In this document: positions 38,510-51,700 of the stretch, in pieces
How the letters are laid out: the number at the start of each line of letters is the position of its first letter
Numbering within the stretch: the first letter of the stretch is position 1
DNA from: Massalongia carnosa
Lineage: Eukaryota
Length of the DNA: 64,000 nt
NCBI GenBank assembly: GCA_965645245.1
Contig: OZ287072.1
Coordinates: 1,426,001 to 1,490,000 of the forward strand
Reading direction: 5' to 3'
Made by a program: the position numbers and the translations under genes
The notes under the pieces: model-generated
What the model was told of the DNA's origin: nothing
The model's database searches: none
Seen by the model: only the letters and a program-made list of their open reading frames with translations

Positions 38510-39284
38510 ATGGACCCCCACCACCGAAAAATTGACCTCCAATCGCCTGCCGACCTAACCTACCTACACGAAAATATAAGACGTGCTGCGCGCGCGAAAC
38601 TCGACCTTGCCATCCCTCTTCAAGGTGAAGATGCGTTTCGGACGAAAGTGCGAGAACTAGTGGAAGAGGTAGGCGATCTTTCCCTTCCGATACCCACATG
38701 TCCTATCCTCCTCCTGTTCCTTCTCCGTCTCACTTACTAAAAAGAACCCGTACGGGAAATAGTACATCACCAGCACGCTCTCTCTTTCCCTCCCCTCTTT
38801 ATCGCTAAACGGTCTCCCGGCCTCCCCTTCCCTCGTCTCTCCACCCACCAAAGCAGGCTCTGCAACGAATCCTACCCAGCCCGAGTCCCCAAAAGAAACA
38901 GATACGAACTACGAGCCCTACGACGCGCGCCTGGCGCAGAAATTGCGAGAGTTGTACGCGCAGCTTGAGCGGGAATCGACTCGCGTGGCGGAATTGAGGC
39001 GAGAGGCCCCAGGCGCGGCAGCAAGAGCGTGGGTGGAGCGGCTCGAGGGGGAGATGAGGGAGCAGGGAGAATTGAGAGAGGAAGGAGGGACAGGGAGGGG
39101 GCAAGATGAGAAGGTGGATCTGGGGGGGGAAGTGGAAGAAGCGGGCCGGTTAGAGAGGGAGAGTGAGGTGAGAAGGATGTGGGGAAAGGGGGTGGAGGGG
39201 CTGGTGGGGCTGGAGAGGGTGACGGGAGTGTTGGCTCGGTTGGAGAGGGCGGGAAGGGCGGCGGAGGTGGTGGAGGGGAATTGA
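38510..39284 (+). CDS. NSL1: Kinetochore MIND complex subunit Nsl1/Mis14, 2 exons
   Basis: HRKIDLQSPADLTYL..NIRRAARAKLDL, YEPYDARL, VAELRREAP..AA, ARLERA; one intron. Confidence 0.85.
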
Positions 39285-39600
39285 CGGGGGAAGGACAGGC
39301 TAACTTGTGGTGACTGGATTGAGTTTTGGGATGAACTGGGGGCCTTTAATATCGGCTTTGCGCCTGGAGTCGGTTTGGGGATAGGGGTTTTACCTGCATT
39401 GTGGGCTTGTGGAAATTGACGTTGCAAGGGCAATCAGAAATGCTTTGTGCTCTCCATATTCATGCAGTGTCTGCCTGAGGCACTGATGCCTTCATCCGAA
39501 ACGAGTCTCCTTGTAGCCTCTTCCCTGTGAAAACTCTAGCGCGCCATTCATCTATCCCCAGCAAAATTTATTCCTTGAAAAACCTGCATGTACCCACCCT

Positions 39601-40813
39601 CTATTGGCCCAGCGGCGCTTGTGCGGCCTCCCCGGCTCCGGCTTTGATCTCTCCCCCTGGCTGTGCTCCTGCACTTGATTCGCCTGTGTGGGTCGGTATC
39701 GTGCTTGAAGGCTCATTGTTGATCGTCGTCGTTGTCGTGCCGGCTTTTGCCTGAGCCCATTTGGGCGGCTTGGCCCACTCCGGGTCCTGCCAAGGACCTT
39801 CATCACTCAGCGCGCAGCCCTTTTCGCACTCGCACGTTCCCCCGAAAATCTTAGGCAAGTTCTCTTTTGGAATTTGGCTCTCGAGCTGAGCGTGGTAGCC
39901 CGAACCCAGGATATGTATCTTTTGAACAGTAACCGGATCCAGGAATCCTTTGACGACGCTAAATGCAGACGCAAAGCCCCAGGGCGCATTGATAAGGTAC
40001 AGTTTCCCCAGCCGCTCGGGGTAGTAGTTCTGCGAGATAGCCGACGCTTGTTTGACGTAGCCGTAAACGCTGCTGATCTTGGAGATGCCTACGCCCTTTA
40101 GGTCCATGATCGAGCAGCAGGTTTCCAGAAGTTGGCCGGACTTGCGCGAACAGGCGGGGAGGCGCGGGTCGGCAAGTTTCTCGTATTCTACTACGAGATT
40201 CTGCAACATTCGTTCGGCGTTGGTGATTTTGTACATGGCGGCCAGGTCAATGTTCCCTAGCTGCTCAAAATATACCGGGCGGCCGTCCTAGATAATTTCA
40301 GTCATTACTTCCAAGTCCCGCCGCTGACAGAACGGGGAGGTGGGCTACCTTGTCTGTTTTGTGGTAGTATTGTGGGTAGTATTCAAAGACCTTAGGCTTT
40401 TCATCGTAGCTGAAATTTCGTACAAGGTCGTCCACCTTGAAATCCTTCCGCCATTTCTCACACTCTATGAACCTTGAAAGCATGCTAAGCTGGACGTCTT
40501 ACAGCTCATGTACAAGAATCACCAACATAGTTTTTGCCTTCTCCACATCAAACTTTCTGGCTCTTAAAAATCTCAGCTGTAGAGCGGTATTTTAGCTACA
40601 TCATACATAGATGGGACCTGAAGAAATTACTAGGCATAGTGTATCTAATCGCTCGGTGTAGTTTAACTGCTCGAGCTGGGTCCGTAGTTGAAATACTTGT
40701 GCGTCTTGCTCTGGTGTTGTATGGCCTGGATGTCCGGTTTTGACTTCAGGACTGGTGGTGGGATAGTCAAAATCATCGTACTTTGAGTCAGACTTAATCT
40801 GAGGTCCTGTCAT
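39601..40813 (-). CDS. SEC14: Phosphatidylinositol/phosphatidylcholine transfer protein, 4 exons
   Basis: [69 protein letters not shown]. Confidence 0.95.
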
Positions 40814-41079
40814 GACTACAGGTGTAGTAGAATATTTATTTAACTGCAGTGTGGGTATTGCTTGGGAAAACGAAAGGGCAGCAAACCGACGCTTGGTGGG
40901 GGCGATGGGAGAAAGAAACAGACTAAATCGATCCAAGCTAAGAATCTGCATATGTGCAAGTTGATAATAAGTGTTGCATCCTAGAGGTTTCTTGACGAGT
41001 CATTCAAAAGATTTATATCTACTTGTCTGATAGGAATTCCGCTGATTTGTATTCATGCGCCTTAACTCCTCGCACATAG

Positions 41080-41990
41080 CTATGAGCCACGTCCCCTGAA
41101 TCCTCCAGGTCTTGTGAAATTTGGATTGGCCCCTCTTGCTCCACCCCTACTGGCACCGAATCCACTGCCCCTTCCTCCAGACCCTCCCCGACTACCTCCT
41201 CGTCCACCACCTCGATCACCAAAGCCCCCACGACCTCGAGGTGCTCCTCGGCTTCCGCCTCGTGACCCCCCTCTTCCACCCCGCATTGGCCCACCTCTAG
41301 ATCCGCCCCCAGCTCGTTTTGGTTTTGGAGTTCCTAATGAACAAATCAGTGAGAAACCATGTCGTAAAAGGGAATGATGCTGTGTACCAGGAGGTGGTTT
41401 CGGCTTGGGTAAGAACCTGTATAGCTTTAGTACAATACCTCTAGCCAACGACACCATCTTCGTACATTTCCAGAGGGAGCAGCCTATCTCCCCCGATATA
41501 AAATTTATCTCCAGCCTTGAACGACGTAGCCACTATGCCTTCTTGGGGCTTGACGGTGAAGAAAACTTGATTGATGGGCCCTAATATCTCGTCTACTTTC
41601 CCAATCGCAGTCTGTTAGATATTAGATGCATCGATCTTCAAGCTTAAGTGGCTACCGGCACACCTTGTTTTCTAGATATATGGGCGCATTGAATTTTGGT
41701 ATTTTGGGGTTAATTGACTCGCAAACCATCTCGCCTTCACATGCGTGTATGAAGGCGCCCATTTCTATTCTCTATTAATATCATAACTCGACAAAATGGC
41801 CTAGAATCCTAACCTAGAACAGACGCCGGAGGCCCATATGACGGTTGGAATCCACCCCGGCCTATCGATCAAGTGGTTAGGGTCTACTATGAGACAATCC
41901 GCCATTTTACTCACCTCTCGAGCTGAATCCACCTGAGCCTCTACCCCCACTAAAGCCTCCTCGTCCTCGTGGAGCCCCTCGACTTGCCAT
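41080..41990 (-). CDS. GAR1: H/ACA snoRNP protein Gar1, 6 exons
   Basis: RGG-rich ends; [51 protein letters not shown]-type (RLLPLE) motif; five canonical introns. Confidence 0.93.
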
Positions 41991-42152
41991 GATGTTGTCG
42001 TGAAAACCTACGGAATCTATGTTCAGCTGTGTGGATTTGGCTGAGGGTAAGCTAAAGCTTAGAACAGCTAGACCAAAAAGCTTGGGTAAACTTCGGCAGC
42101 TCGGCAGGTATATCCACTACCTGACTCGTTGGTTGATGAGCCAGGTGGTAAT

Positions 42153-44781
42153 ATGTTCATGGAGTCTCACACAAGTGGCGAGGCCATTGAGCCTGAAAGA
42201 AAGCAGCTAGATCTACCATCTCACTTATCAGCTGAAGATAATGCACTGGAGTCCCCGAGACAGATCTCAAGTGCTCAAAAACCTCTAAGTCCCAAATCCC
42301 CACAACCCAAGAAACAGAACAATAGTAAACCAGAGAAAGAAAAGAACAAAGAGAAGAGTCCTAACTTGGGAAAATCAAATGGACCATCGACCAAGTCACT
42401 AGAAAAACCACCATCAGAGGCACTACCCGAGTTTGTCATTCAACGTAATCTCCTCTTCGATGCATTGAAGCGGCGGCATGATGCGGAATTATTAGAGAAG
42501 GAGCATCCCACAATAAACGTGGCTCTAGATCTTGGATTAGATAAGGACGGGAAACCTAGACCCGCAATGCTTGTTATGGGTAAGGCTTGGGAGTCTACTC
42601 CCGGATCGTTTCTCAAGCACGTTGATAAAGATATTACCACCGACGTCGTGATTGCTAAGGTAAACGGGAAGGAGCTGTGGGATCTTGACCGACCTTTGGA
42701 GTACGAGTGTCGCGTTAGCTACGTCCCCTTCTCTTCGGCGGAGGGGAGAAATGTATTTTGGCATTCTAGTGCCCATGTGTTAGGAGAAGCAGCTGAATGC
42801 CAGTACCATTGTCTTCTTTCTCATGGCCCTCCGGTCGAGCAAGGGTTCTTCTACGATATGGCCATAGCAGAAGGGTATGCTCTTGGTGATTCGCATGTGT
42901 GTACTCCCGCTAATGGCATCTAGCCAAGTTGTAAAGGAAGCCGATTGGGCGCCCTTGGAGAACAAAGCATCTAAGTTCTTCAAGGAGAAGCAACCTTTCG
43001 AGCGATTACACGTCTCACTACCAGATCTGAAAAAAATGTTTGGATACAGTAAATATAAAATGTATTACATCGAGAACTTACTTCCACCGGAGGGTAGTAC
43101 AGTCTATAAATGCGGGACTCTCGTAGATCTCTGTCTCGGTCCACATATTCAAAATACTGGCAAAATAAAGGCCTTTCAAATAATGAAGGTTGACTAATCT
43201 AAGCTTTGCTATAATGTTATAATTCCTTGCTGATTTATGTTGCCAGAACTCTTCTTGCTACTTTCGTGGAGATAAGGATGAGGATTCTTTACAGCGAATA
43301 TATGGCGTTGCCTTCCCTGATAAAAAGCAGATGACAGAGCATAAGAATTTCCTTGAGGAGGCTGCGAAACGTGATCATCGAAAAATCGGCATTGATCAGG
43401 ACTTGTTTTTTTTCAACGACCTATCCCCTGGAGCTGCGTTTCTCCTCCCACACGGAACCATAATATTCAACGCCTTACAGAAGATGCTACGGTCGGAATA
43501 TCAGAAACGAGGGTACCAGGAAGTACAATCACCGAATATGTACGACGTTGAACTATGGAACAAATCTGGCCACTGGCAACACTATCAAGATGATATGTTT
43601 GGGCTTGATGTCGAGAAAAGAAAGTGGGCATTAAAGCCAATGAATTGCCCGGGCCATTGTGTAATGTTTGGACACCGCGAGAGAAGTTACCGAGAATTAC
43701 CTCTTAGAATGGCGGACTTTGGGGTTTTGCATAGAAACGAGGCGTCTGGCGCGCTGAATGGACTTACTCGGGTTAGGAGGTTTCAACAAGACGATACCCA
43801 CGTTTTTTGCACTCAAGATCAGGTAGGGAGCAGGGTTCTCCTAAATTGATACTTGTTAATCAACATACAGATCTCTTCCGAGATCGAAGCATTGTTTGAT
43901 TTTCTGAAGTGTGTGTACGGATTGTTCGGTTTTCCATTCAAGCTCAAGCTTTCTACTCGGCCCGAGAAGTATCTAGGAGATATTGAAACCTGGAACTTAG
44001 CCGAGACTAAGCTCAAGGATGCTCTGGATACATTTACAGCTTCTGGTGGTGGGCAATGGGAATTGAACGAAGGAGATGGTGCTTTTTATGGACCGAAAAT
44101 TGACATTACGATCTCCGACGCTTTAAGACGGGATCATCAATGTGCTACTATTCAACTCGACTTTCAGCTACCCCAAAACTTTGAATTGGAATACATGACT
44201 GCTGAGACTACGGGGAAAGCACAACCCGCAGAGCAAAAGATAGACCGAGCAGAGCCTCCTGGAGTAGTCAAAGGACCGAAGCCGCTTGGATCAGGGCGAG
44301 CTCGGCCTGTCATGCTTCACCGCGCAATCATTGGGAGCTTTGAGCGTTTCATGGCGATTTTAACGGAGCATTTTGCCGGCAAATGGCCTTTCTGGCTGAG
44401 TCCGCGACAAATTCTCGTTATCCCGGTAGTGCCTGCAGTGAATGATTATGTCGAGGAGGTGCAGATCCTGCTACGAGCACATAAAATGCACGTGGACATT
44501 GACATCGGTGGGAACACGATGAAAAAGAAAATCCGTACCGGACAATTGCAGCAGTATAATTTTATCTTTGGTAAGCATCAGATTAAGTCTGGACTTCTTT
44601 TTAAACTGCTAGCTGATGCGTTGCAGTGGTTGGAGCACAGGAAAAGGAGTCTCGGTCGGTAAACATTCGCAACCGCGATGACCCGGAAACGCAGTCAAAA
44701 GGGGAGTTAATTCCGCTAGATGAGGCAATCAAGAAGCTCAAGGCGCTCAGGAAGGAACGACGGATTCTAAATGCGATATGA
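42153..44781 (+). CDS. THS1: Threonyl-tRNA synthetase, eukaryotic cytosolic type (TGS + editing + class II core); start may instead be 42019 via an intron
   Basis: [88 protein letters not shown]; four internal introns; TGA 44779-44781. Confidence 0.92.
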
Positions 44782-45633
44782 GAGCAATAACATTCCAGTA
44801 TCATATTAAAGACCCAGGATCTACCTTCCCCCTTTTTTTTGGTATGACGTCTTTGTACGCTGGTTGCCAGCAAGTTGTGAAGTTCTAGCTTAAACATATG
44901 TTCGTACTATCTCTGCAATTCTGTAAGTGCATCTCCCTTCAGCTATCATTTTATCAACCGTCAGGTAAGAGAGGCGGACTTAGGGTTAGGTGAAGTCAAA
45001 TTAGGGCCATGTAGACGATGTTTATGCGTGATGACGCAATCCATGCACTTCCCCTCCTACCCTCGCTCTTGGGGGATGTAAGCTCTCCTGTTGGTCCTAG
45101 ATCCCAACCTTCCTACTTATCATCATTTCATTCTACATCGTTACGATGAAGACTCAACACGTTGCATACGATAACACTACCGCCAAAGTTCCTCCTTGAG
45201 CTGATGGCTATTCGCGTGATTGTGGAGCAACAGCACAAGTACGTTTGCGACGAGAAAACGCTTGAGCCTTTTCGGCCGAAGTCTTCCCGCTTCCCTTCAG
45301 CTCAGCTCTTTATAGCTTCGAGAAATAGTGCATTGGTTTATCTATTCCTAAATATCTATGTCTTTGAATACTCTACATTTGGAGTCTTGATTCTCCTCCT
45401 TGAGCTCTTCGACTTCGTTTCCGCAAATTCTACTCAATATCTTCATCTCAACAACAGCTTATGTAAGCTCCGCGACTTCGAAAGAAAGTCTCTGGCGCAA
45501 GATCAGTATTACCCAAAACAATACCCGATCGTCTTCACGTGGAGTTTCTTGCGTGGCAACGAAGCTTTCCGAAATCCTGGAGGATCTATTCCGACTTCGA
45601 CAGTCCAACCGATCATAAAGGCAAGGAATTGAT

Positions 45634-48600
45634 ATGGCACAATTGTATTCAGAAGCCCCTGATATGGGTGCTACGGATTTTGCGCAAGGTGCACCGAATA
45701 AGATCTCTCCTTTGTCCCAGTCCGCTCAGCGCGGGCAACCGATAAATTTTACCGAAGAGCCCAATGCCAGTCACCAAGGATCTTCGACTGCTGGCGGTGA
45801 CTTGGGAGATTTGCGTCGCGCCGACTCCACCAAATCCCAATCATACACCTTGACCCCTTCACGAGGTGGGACGCTAAAGAAGAAACGTTCTTTGAGCCGG
45901 AAAGGGAGTGTGAAGCGAAATGCTACCAGAAGGGATAGTATTCCAGGAAGTGTAAAGGGTTTGGGGCTTGGTGATCAGGATAATTACGGTGGAGAAGCTG
46001 GCACGGAGATGAATAGTGCTTTCTATACCCCAGTACCAACAGTAGGAACCCCTACCGAAATTCTTGCAACTAGATTCCAGTGTAAGTCACTACATTCAAC
46101 TTGCTTGTGAGAGTGGTTAAGGCTAACAAAGTGTTTACTTCCAGTTTGGCGTAAGGTGCTGAAGGACTTGATTACATACTTCCGTGATGTACAGAAAACA
46201 TATGAAGCGCGTTCAAAGTCTCTTTTCGCACTATCCAATATTCTCAACAACATCAGTACCCCTCCGATGTTCCTTGCACAAGGTGGAATTGGCGATTGTA
46301 TCCAGATCCTGCGTACCTACCATAAGCAGGCAATTCACGAAGGCAATAAAGCAAAGACCATCGAAGATGACGTAGTCGTACAGCTTACAGGGCTTCGAAG
46401 TGACTTGGCGCAGAAAATCAAAGAAATCAAAAGCCTCGCGGGAGATTTCAAAAATAATGTTGAAAAAGAGACCGAGGCCACAAGAAAACTAGTTCAGGAG
46501 TTGCAAGCTTCACTTCTTCTTGCCAATACTGACCCAAGCGCAACCTCTGGGAAAGGCGATCCGTTTATTGTTAAAACCGCGGTGGATCGACAACTAGCAA
46601 GGCAGATTGACGAAGAAAATTATCTACATCGTGTAAGTATATCATGTCAAGGTTAGAGTAGCAACTTACGTATGATAGGCATTTCTCAATTTGGAAAGCT
46701 CTGGCCGGGAGTTGGAATCTATTGTAGTTGGCGAGATTCAGAAAGCGTACAATGCATATGCTGGAATTCTCAAACGAGAAGCAGACGAAGCCTACGATGC
46801 TATTGAAAGGCTACAAACTGGACCATTGGCGATGGCAAAAGATCATGAGTGGAATGCTTTTGTGGACAAGAACGAGCATTTTGTTGACCCCAGGCTTCCA
46901 GTGCGTAGGATCGAGAATATCACCTATCCTGGGAGGGACGATCCTGCGGCGTCCGAGGTCAGGTCGGGAATGCTTGAGCGTAAGAGCAAGTATTTGAAAA
47001 GCTACACGGCAGGATGGTAAATAATTCTTTCTACTTGAAAACGTTTTATTGATAAGTCTAGGTATGTATTGTCACCGACACATCTACACGAATTCAAGTC
47101 CCCCGATAGGATCACATCACAGACCCCAGTAATGTCACTATATCTGGCCGACCAAAAGCTTGGCTCTCATTCTAATGCCGACTCTGCGTCCCACAAATTT
47201 ATGCTCAAAGGACGGCAGACTGGAGGAGTGCATCGTGGCCACGCGTGGGTTTTTCGTGCGGAGTCTTATGATACTATGTTAGCATGGTTTGAAGACATCA
47301 AGAACTTAACGGAGAAGACCGGAGAGGAACGCACTGCTTTCATTCGGCAACACGCTCGTAGCGTTAGCGCTGGTAGTAATAAAGCCGCCTCGGTGAGTGA
47401 CGATGGAGCGATGGAAGAAGACGAGGCCGACCAGGTGCCATATTCTGCAACTGCATCTCAGGTCAATCAATCTCGTGAGGGAGATTTGCGTGCCGAACGC
47501 CCTGTTCCAGGTGGGCGTTTTCCGAGTGCCCTGACCATCGACCGAAACTCACAAGTACCACTTGCCCCTTCTAGCCCTTCAAGTTCCGGAGATCTAGATA
47601 TCTTAGCCGCCGCAGGAGCACTTCCTAGTTCTGGCGTTCCGTTTGAAGACTCGGGCCATCCAGCTCAGAGTGGTGATGATGAGACAAAGGCAAAAGGTGA
47701 ATTAAGGGATGATTCGGGAGCAGTGACACAAACGTATAGTGGTGCGGGTGTGAGACCTGTGCCAGCTCGTTTTGAAGTTGCACCACAGAGCAACATCCAG
47801 AATCAAAGCGCGCAGCCAACCTCTTACGAAGCTGAGCCGAAGAAAAATAAACATGCCTTCAACGCGAACACGAACGAGTTTGATGGTCTACCCGCAAAGC
47901 CAGAACCCTCTCCCTTCGGATCTGAATACCATACCAGGCCTGTGCAAGCTGAAGGCATCAGCTCTGATGGTCCAGGCAAAGTCTCTTATGGGGGAAAGTC
48001 TTTGTCTGAGGATGAGATTAGTAGCTCGTTACCGAAGTCATTTCTTCCTCGACATGACAGCAATTATGGCGAGTGGATGGGTCCTGCCGCGGCTGGTGCT
48101 GGAGGCTTGACTGTTGGAGCTGCTGGCGTGCGAGCCTACAAGCATCATCAGCAACAGAAAAAGGATGAGGAGCAAAAGGCTTCGGTCGAGAATCAGATAA
48201 ATCAAGACCAGGCAACGCACATACAACCAGGTCTAAATCACCTGAATCGAGGCTTGTCAGGACCGCTTCCCACAGAGCAAGACCTCTCACAAGTATCTTC
48301 CCAGCCCGTTTCCTCAACCCAGACTTCCCCTCAATCAACTCCTACAGCGCCAGCAGTACCGCAACCCACCTCCCCAGCGCCAGCATCTTACTCCACTCCC
48401 ACCTCTACGCAGCCCCTTCCCCCAAACACGGCTTGGGCACCTGGCATCGCTAGCGTCGTCGCCGCCAGCCAGCTCCAGAGCACCGAATTCGCTCCTACTC
48501 CCACCCCAGGTGCCAGCAACGCCGAAGACGGGTTTTTCGGCAGCCTAAGTCCTGTTAAGGAAGATCTCAAAGGCACTGATGATATCAGGAGGGGCACTGG

Positions 48601-48754
48601 AGAAAATGGAAACGAGCATAGAAGTGACCCGGCGGCGCCGATCCGCGCGCTAGCTTCAAGGCCGCCCCTTGAGAGTCATGCCAGCATTACCACGATTAGC
48701 GACCTACATATCCCCGGCGAGTTTCCAAAGGGCAAAGCCGCGGAGGGGGCGTGA
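45634..48754 (+). CDS. SLM1: Slm1/Slm2-like BAR-PH domain protein, 4 exons
   Basis: PTEILATRF, GMLERKSKYLKSYT.GW|YVLSPTHLHEFKS, HAWVFRAESYDTMLAWFEDIK, C-terminal TISDLHIPGEFP. Confidence 0.85.
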
Positions 48755-51700
48755 GTGGTGTCACTGGGCTTGGGTTCAGGATAAAGAAGGCCTGGGCAGT
48801 GATGGACTATGGGACGGAAAGGAGAAGGAAAGCAGGCAGGACGACTGTTTTCCCATATGGCGTGCGAAAACCTTTCTCCCGTTTTACCGATTGTATCTTG
48901 GCAGAAAGAAACCCGGTTATGTCTGTTGCTGCTGCTGTTATCATCGCCTTGCTCGCTTTCAATTCAACGGCTGATGGGATATCCTCAACAATGAACGGCC
49001 TTTCCGGTACGAATGTATTTGTACGTATTTATGTACGTATGTATCTATGCATATAGTCGTCTTATTCGAGTTCTGTACGCATTTCGTTTTCAAGCATGCA
49101 TGCTTCCATCGCTAACCCGCTCACTTGCTCACGATTCATCCCTGCGTCAATTACGTGCCTGGTTTTTTGGCAGGGGTTTCAACCGCCGGTAGTTATGCGA
49201 GACGGGCGAAACAAACCAAAGCGTGATGGATTGGATGAGTACCCCTATCGGTCGGCCAGTACCTACCCAGTTCTCATCCAACCCGATCCCCCAAACCTAG
49301 CAACCAAGAAGGGATCATACCCAGCACACCCTATTTCCATATCTACGTCGTCGATTTGATTGACTGCCCTTTCCTCCCCTCCGGGCCCTTCCCCACCATC
49401 ATCATCGTCATCGAATTTCCCTTAACTACCTTCTCCCACCCACCTCAAATACCCCCAAAGTCTAACCACCACCAACATCATTCCCGCCCAATGCTCTGTA
49501 CCTTGATCACGCCCCGGCAAAGCTCCTCACCTCGACTGTTTGACCGCAGCAGCAGCAGCAGCATATGTACCCCATCTGATCGTGCTTAACTTAGATGCTA
49601 TTTCGAGAAGAATACTAGCTCGCTTGCTTGAGTTCTCCCCCTATTCTATCTTTCTGTATGTATATCCTTTATTTGTTCATCTCCGTGATGCACTTCCTTT
49701 CCCCCTTCGTATATGTCCCTCCTTTTACACCCCTTGCAATCTTCCCTTTTGCTTCTTCTTCGAGATAATTTCCTTTTTCAGCGGGGTATGTAGGTGGCTA
49801 GATACGCAGGTAGATAGTAGATCTCCTTTGGCGAGCGAGTGATCAGGTTGGGTTTGATTCGAGCCGAAAATGCGCTAGAGGAAATGGGAGGCGAGGGAGA
49901 AGAAAAAGATAAGAAGGCAGATAGGAGAACGAAAGAGGTGGGGTAAGACCGGGGGTTAGCCAGATGTATGCATGGAGAGATAAGAAAGATTGAGCATGCA
50001 GGTACCTAGTCGGCAGATAAGATGGCTAGCTAAGGCAAAAGGAAATCCAGACAAAGAAAATATGCTGCAGGGTAGAGAGTCTGGGATGAAATGGAATGGA
50101 ATGGAATGAAAGAAGAGGAGAAAACGAAGGGAAAGACGACGAACTGCAATAGCTAGTCAAGGTTCTCGAAATTGTCCAGCGGCGTGCATGCGTGGAAGTT
50201 TGTGGTATTATTTTATTTCCTTTTGGGGATCTTTTGATTCTACGGTTTATTTTATGGTTCTACGTAATCTAGTTGCTTTATTTTCTTCCGATATATAGTT
50301 AGCCGCTGGATTGTTTGTAGCTTTAGGTTGGGGCCTCAGGCATTCATCCTTTGAGTCTCTCCGTCGATCATTCATACTGTTTCCCAAGCCAGGTTAGGGG
50401 TCGTTCGACTGATGAGCGGAGAGAGAAATAAACGAGTGGAGACGGAGAAGTAATACAAGAAACGAGAGTGGACGAAGAACAAAGAACACAAACGAAGAGG
50501 GGAAACAAAGGGCGAAAAGGGGAGCCCGGAAGATATAACGAGAAAAGAGGATGAAATAATAAGGACAGAAAGATGAACAGCAATCTCGAGAAAATTCGCA
50601 AGCAATTTAAATGAATCTTCTCCTCAACCCAAGCCTGTCTGTATATACTGATACCTATGACGAAGTCCGCAACTCTTCCTCCGAGATACGTTCGCTGCAG
50701 AAGCGCAAAAAGAAGAGTCTTGAGCTGATTTAGGGGTTGGTAAGGCGGACTGTCGTTAGGCTGAGAGGGAAATCTTGGCTTGGTTGATGACGGCAAGGTT
50801 TAGGGAGGGGATTTATGGAGGGGAATTACTCGTTTGTGAGAGAAGAGACGTGACGATTAAGTATATTTTGCATAACGGGATTTTTATCTTTGAAAACTAA
50901 GACGTTGTCAGCATCACGTAGTCTGTTGAAGAGGAAGAGAAAACCTTTGCTGTGATGTGATCCAAACTTCAAAGCGGTTGGGAGACAAACATTAAATGGA
51001 TGTCTGCTTCTACGTCTGGTGAGGAATAACTAAACACTTCTTGCGTTGTGTAGACCCATTCGGTCAAGAACGAAAGAACAGTCTTAACCCAACTTAGCAA
51101 GGTCAAATCCAATTAAAGTAAGCCGTAAGGTGCATCTCTCAAAATCGTTCACCGTCTCAACGCGCCATAGACAATCAAAATCCGCACTTCATCAGCCTTT
51201 TCCGTTTGTCAAAATAGTGGAAATGGCTACGATCCTACCTGGATACCGTCATGTAAAGCTCCAACCCCGATCGTTTGTAAAACCCAAAAGGAAGCTCAAA
51301 TCGACTTAGCTGAGCACAATTCATATCTCCTCAGCCCCCTTCATTCGTTGAAGCGGCAGAAAACCTATTCCGTTCAGCCAACTCCACTCCAACAAGCCAG
51401 CAATCATTCCCGATCATCAGCCCCTGTTCCTGAATCCTAAAACAAACAAGAAAAACAGCCTCATTTCGATTCAAGAAAGCAGGATCCCCGTCTTGCGTTT
51501 CACAACGTGAAAGAGGGTCCCTGACGAATGACTGGATCAAAGCTGAAAATAAGGAAGATCCTAGAAATACAAGGTCGAGTTCAAGCGCCGAAGAAGACAA
51601 AACGACCCCAAGCTTTAAGCAGAAGCCGTTGTTATAACTCCAACCACTCTTATTCCTCGTATGGCTGCCATCATCTTCGGGCCTATCCACAGAGGTGGAA

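Noticed and set aside
44980..44991. Possible telomerase RNA template (CCTAACCCTAA on minus strand)
   Set aside because: Only about 200 nt before the ThrRS stop codon, leaving no room for a kb-scale fungal telomerase RNA.
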